From: an uncultured virus (IMG/VR IMGVR_UViG_3300029305_010146)
Lineage: Duplodnaviria > Heunggongvirae > Uroviricota > Caudoviricetes
Length of the DNA stretch: 64,000 nucleotides
Strand: one strand, 5' to 3'
IMG/VR virus record: IMGVR_UViG_3300029305_010146
Numbering within the stretch: the first letter of the stretch is position 1; each line of letters starts with the position of its first letter. The notes below the pieces were generated by a model that saw nothing but the letters and a program-made list of their open reading frames with translations, did not search any database and had not been told where the DNA came from. The translations under genes and the position numbers were made by a program. Shown piece after piece: positions 61,032 to 64,000 of this stretch.

Positions 61032-61748
61032 ATGATTTTTAATAAAATTAAAAATAAAAACTCAAAAAAAGGTACCGTCTTGACAGAGGCATTGATTTCA
61101 ATGTTCATTCTCGGAACACTTTTTGTTTCTATTGCAACAGCGGTAACAGTGTCTATTTCAAACACAAAAAAACTTCAAGAAGTAAACGAAACAAGTGCCT
61201 ATGCACAAAAAATTGTAGATTGTATGTATGCCATTGCACAGAGTGATTCTGAAGCATTCTTTAGTGAAATTGAACAAGCCGAGCAAGCTTATTTCAACGA
61301 TTGTGTTGCAGAAGGAAATTTCCTAAAAGATTGTCAAATCAATTTAGACACAATTGCACAGCAACTTGAATATAGAGAACTTAACGGCGAAGAAAATGTT
61401 ATTACCCTATATGATATGTTAAATTTTTACAATGATGACCCAAACAACTTATCAGGCGAAGTCGAGATGACCGAATATTCCGTTAAATTATATTTACTAC
61501 CCTCATATAACACAATGGATGCACCAAATGCAAAGTCTGTTAATTATTTCGTATCTTACAACCCATTACTTACAAGTAATTTGGATGGCGGTAGAGTATT
61601 TAACACCGAAATATTAGATGATGTATATACATTCAAACTCGTTGTGTCTAAAACAGTAAATACTATTTCTGCTGGTTCTGTTGATTTTACACAAGCATCT
61701 CCTGCTACCGTAACCTATATTTTCCAAATTTCTTCAAACGGAGGTTGA
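61032..61748 (+). CDS. Minor type IV pilin
   Basis: KKG|TVLTEALISMFIL. Confidence 0.8.
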   Translation: MIFNKIKNKNSKKGTVLTEALISMFILGTLFVSIATAVTVSISNTKKLQEVNETSAYAQKIVDCMYAIAQSDSEAFFSEIEQAEQAYFNDCVAEGNFLKDCQINLDTIAQQLEYRELNGEENVITLYDMLNFYNDDPNNLSGEVEMTEYSVKLYLLPSYNTMDAPNAKSVNYFVSYNPLLTSNLDGGRVFNTEILDDVYTFKLVVSKTVNTISAGSVDFTQASPATVTYIFQISSNGG

Positions 61749-61752
61749 TAGC

Positions 61753-62253
61753 ATGAAACAAAAATTCAATTTTCGTTCAAAAAAAGGAATGACACTTGCC
61801 GAATTATTAATCGGCATAGGTGTTTCGGCAATTATTATGATTGCAACAATTACACTTGTTAATTATTCGTTTTCAGCATATTCTACCACACAAGATAACA
61901 TTAATAATGATGCTGGTCTATATGACACTACCGATATTATTAATAGATATATCCGTGAAGCAGAATTTTGTTCTGTAAAAGACGATACTACACTTTATAT
62001 ATCAATGAGCGATTACTCGCAAGAAGGTGCTGTTTTGACATCTATCGATGTTCGTTTTATTTACGATATCGCATCTCAAACCTTACTGTTAGATAAGATG
62101 GATGGTTCTCCTGCTTTAGTTATTGCTAATTACATTACAGATGTTAAATGGGAAGTTTATAACAATAGTGTGAGATATGAAATGAAACAACACATCATCA
62201 CTGATAATAATGAGCAAACCATAAGAGGTTTTGCATATTGTAGAGGAAGGTGA
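61753..62253 (+). CDS. Minor type IV pilin (PilW-like)
   Basis: KKG|MTLAELLIGI. Confidence 0.85.
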   Translation: MKQKFNFRSKKGMTLAELLIGIGVSAIIMIATITLVNYSFSAYSTTQDNINNDAGLYDTTDIINRYIREAEFCSVKDDTTLYISMSDYSQEGAVLTSIDVRFIYDIASQTLLLDKMDGSPALVIANYITDVKWEVYNNSVRYEMKQHIITDNNEQTIRGFAYCRGR

Positions 62254-62258
62254 TGACC

Positions 62259-62933
62259 ATGAGAAAAATATCTGAAAAAATATTGAAAAATGAAAAAAAA
62301 GGTTATACACTCATGTATACACTGATTGCCATGGTCGTATGTTGTGCTTTGGTTTTCTCGACAATCACTGTTTCAACTTACTACAACAACAACTTGGCAA
62401 GAAAAACTGGAACACGCGGTGCGATTATGTCTGCACAAAGTGGACTTGAACTAACAGAAGATTATCTTAACTATTGTTACAAAGATTCTTATTATGGTGC
62501 GACATCCGCCAAAGAACTCTATATTCGCGTGTACGATATCCTTAATACCCTTATTGTTACAAATGACGGCAGTGGTCTCAATGAAAAATCTATGCTAATC
62601 TTGCAAGGATATTCAAATTACGAATATGGCGGTAGCGGAGCAAATGGTGTTGCTGCTCAATTGATTCCAGATAATACATCAAGCATTTCATACAAAACAT
62701 ATTATTCAAAAGTTTTTATGGATGATATAAAGACTCGTGGAGAATTGACTCTTTTAAGTCTTGGTGAATATATTTATAACAACAAAGCATATTACAAATT
62801 TATTACAGTCACGGTATTAATTCAACCGATTTATGGGGCTGATGGCACTATTACATCGTTTGATTTTAAAACAATACAATATAATGAAACTTTAAAAGGA
62901 GGCACAGAATTATGGGGAAGCGTTCAGTGGTAA
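62259..62933 (+). CDS. PilX/GspK-like minor pilin (no Glu5)
   Basis: KKG|YTLMYTLIAMVV...A..SAQSGLE. Confidence 0.75.
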   Translation: MRKISEKILKNEKKGYTLMYTLIAMVVCCALVFSTITVSTYYNNNLARKTGTRGAIMSAQSGLELTEDYLNYCYKDSYYGATSAKELYIRVYDILNTLIVTNDGSGLNEKSMLILQGYSNYEYGGSGANGVAAQLIPDNTSSISYKTYYSKVFMDDIKTRGELTLLSLGEYIYNNKAYYKFITVTVLIQPIYGADGTITSFDFKTIQYNETLKGGTELWGSVQW

Positions 62934-63949
62934 TCGACATCGGAAAATTTAATACAAAAATTTGTGTTTTCGCATTAAATGGTCAAAAATATTCCCTCCA
63001 AAACGGTGCTATTTTTGATACACCAAATGATGCAATGTCCGATGAGTTTTTCCAAAGATGTGATATATTTTTAACAAAACTCAATGTTGCAAATAGTGAT
63101 TTATATGTAATCCTTGGTGAAAATGAAGAGAATTACACCGTAGAAACAGAATTTCCAACAGGCAACAATAAAGAAATCGAAAAAAGTGTAAAAGAAAGAT
63201 ATTCCGCTCTTTCAAAAGATGGTGCCAACGACTGTTATTATTCTTGGCAAACAGTTGGTGAACCAGAAGCAACAGGTCAAACAAGAATTATGATTGCTTA
63301 TGCAAAAAAAGATTATGTTGACAAAATGATTAAACTCGCAGAAAAATACAAAATGAAACTAATGAAAGTTGACCTTGCTTCAACCGCAATTGATGGTATG
63401 GCTCGTTTGATGCAAAAGTCTCCCTCAATTCAAAGTGCGCCACCCAACACAATGTTCACACTGTTGGATATTGGTGCATCTTCCGCAAACTTAATTTTCT
63501 TCACAAACAATGCTGTTCATCGCATTGTGCATTTCCCTCACACAATTTTTAAATTGGATGAGGCATTGACAGGCAATTCTTCTACTGTCGTATATGATAA
63601 GAATCTTAATCGTGAGGCAGTTAAAATGATTCCTGAACTTGTTACACAAGTTCCTCAATATGAATTATATACGAAACCTCTTCTCACAAATCTCATCAAA
63701 GAGTATATCACTACAACAGATGGCGGTAGAAAGTTCGCTTTAGGTCCAATCTTTGTATCTGGCGGTCTTTCAAAATTGCCTTTCTTCTCTCAAAAATTGG
63801 CGAATGACCTTCGTACACAGTGCTTTGATTTTCCAATCAGAGACTTTGTAGATATTGCTGATAACTGCATTTATCGTAGCAACAAGAAAATTTATCCAAC
63901 AGATGATGTATTTGTTACAGCATTAGGAACAGTTGCAGGAGGTGTTTAA
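62912..63949 (+). CDS. pilM: Type IV pilus assembly protein PilM (actin-like)
   Basis: VIDIGKFNTK, LLDIGASSAN and IFVSGGLSKL; T4P operon context. Confidence 0.88.
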   Translation: MGKRSVVIDIGKFNTKICVFALNGQKYSLQNGAIFDTPNDAMSDEFFQRCDIFLTKLNVANSDLYVILGENEENYTVETEFPTGNNKEIEKSVKERYSALSKDGANDCYYSWQTVGEPEATGQTRIMIAYAKKDYVDKMIKLAEKYKMKLMKVDLASTAIDGMARLMQKSPSIQSAPPNTMFTLLDIGASSANLIFFTNNAVHRIVHFPHTIFKLDEALTGNSSTVVYDKNLNREAVKMIPELVTQVPQYELYTKPLLTNLIKEYITTTDGGRKFALGPIFVSGGLSKLPFFSQKLANDLRTQCFDFPIRDFVDIADNCIYRSNKKIYPTDDVFVTALGTVAGGV

Positions 63950-63951
63950 TT

Positions 63952-64000
63952 ATGACAGGTAATTTCAAAAAGGTAAATTTAGTACCTAATTCATATTTCT
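63952..64000 (+). CDS. pilN: PilN-like protein, 5' fragment
   Basis: SD GGAGG; MTGNFKKVNLVP matches the PilN INLLP motif, directly after pilM. Confidence 0.65.
   Translation, partial: MTGNFKKVNLVPNSYF

Noticed and set aside
1..64000. Alternative genetic code or suppressor tRNAs
   Set aside because: Long genes read intact with code 11, TGA and TAG serve as normal stops, and no CTA, TCA or TTA anticodons were seen.

Overview
This is low-GC DNA of Bacillota/Clostridia type. Most genes are monocistronic, each with a near-consensus TTGACA-N17-TATAAT promoter and its own intrinsic terminator. The content fits a large extrachromosomal element (megaplasmid, jumbo phage or plasmid-phage) better than a core chromosome. 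It has orphan copies of secA, a SigA-like sigma factor, lepB, recD2, PIN-PhoH and spoVG, 14 tRNAs, RNA end-processing enzymes (Thg1-like, YhaM, RlaP-like nucleotidyltransferase), five dispersed type IV pilin paralogues, and the start of a T4P operon (pilD, four minor pilins, pilM, pilN). I saw no ribosomal-protein, capsid, terminase, reverse transcriptase or CRISPR genes. Highlights: (1) a promoter- and terminator-bounded ~1.74 kb non-coding transcript (16.8-18.6 kb) that looks like a GOLLD-like RNA followed by a ROOL-like RNA; (2) an 11-tRNA array behind an intrinsic terminator and a 35-codon leader ORF rich in the amino acids of those tRNAs, a candidate tRNA-supply attenuator; (3) a modular pilin repertoire, including a pilin with a DGR-type variable-region signature, a pilin-dockerin fusion, a mosaic major-pilin pair and a canonical G-quadruplex motif between two pilin genes; (4) strand-skewed, motif-bearing tracts in inverted orientation around two single genes; (5) further candidate sRNAs, a C-terminal Hint-domain protein and a giant acidic tandem-repeat protein. 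All family calls come from motifs recognised by eye; no searches were run.
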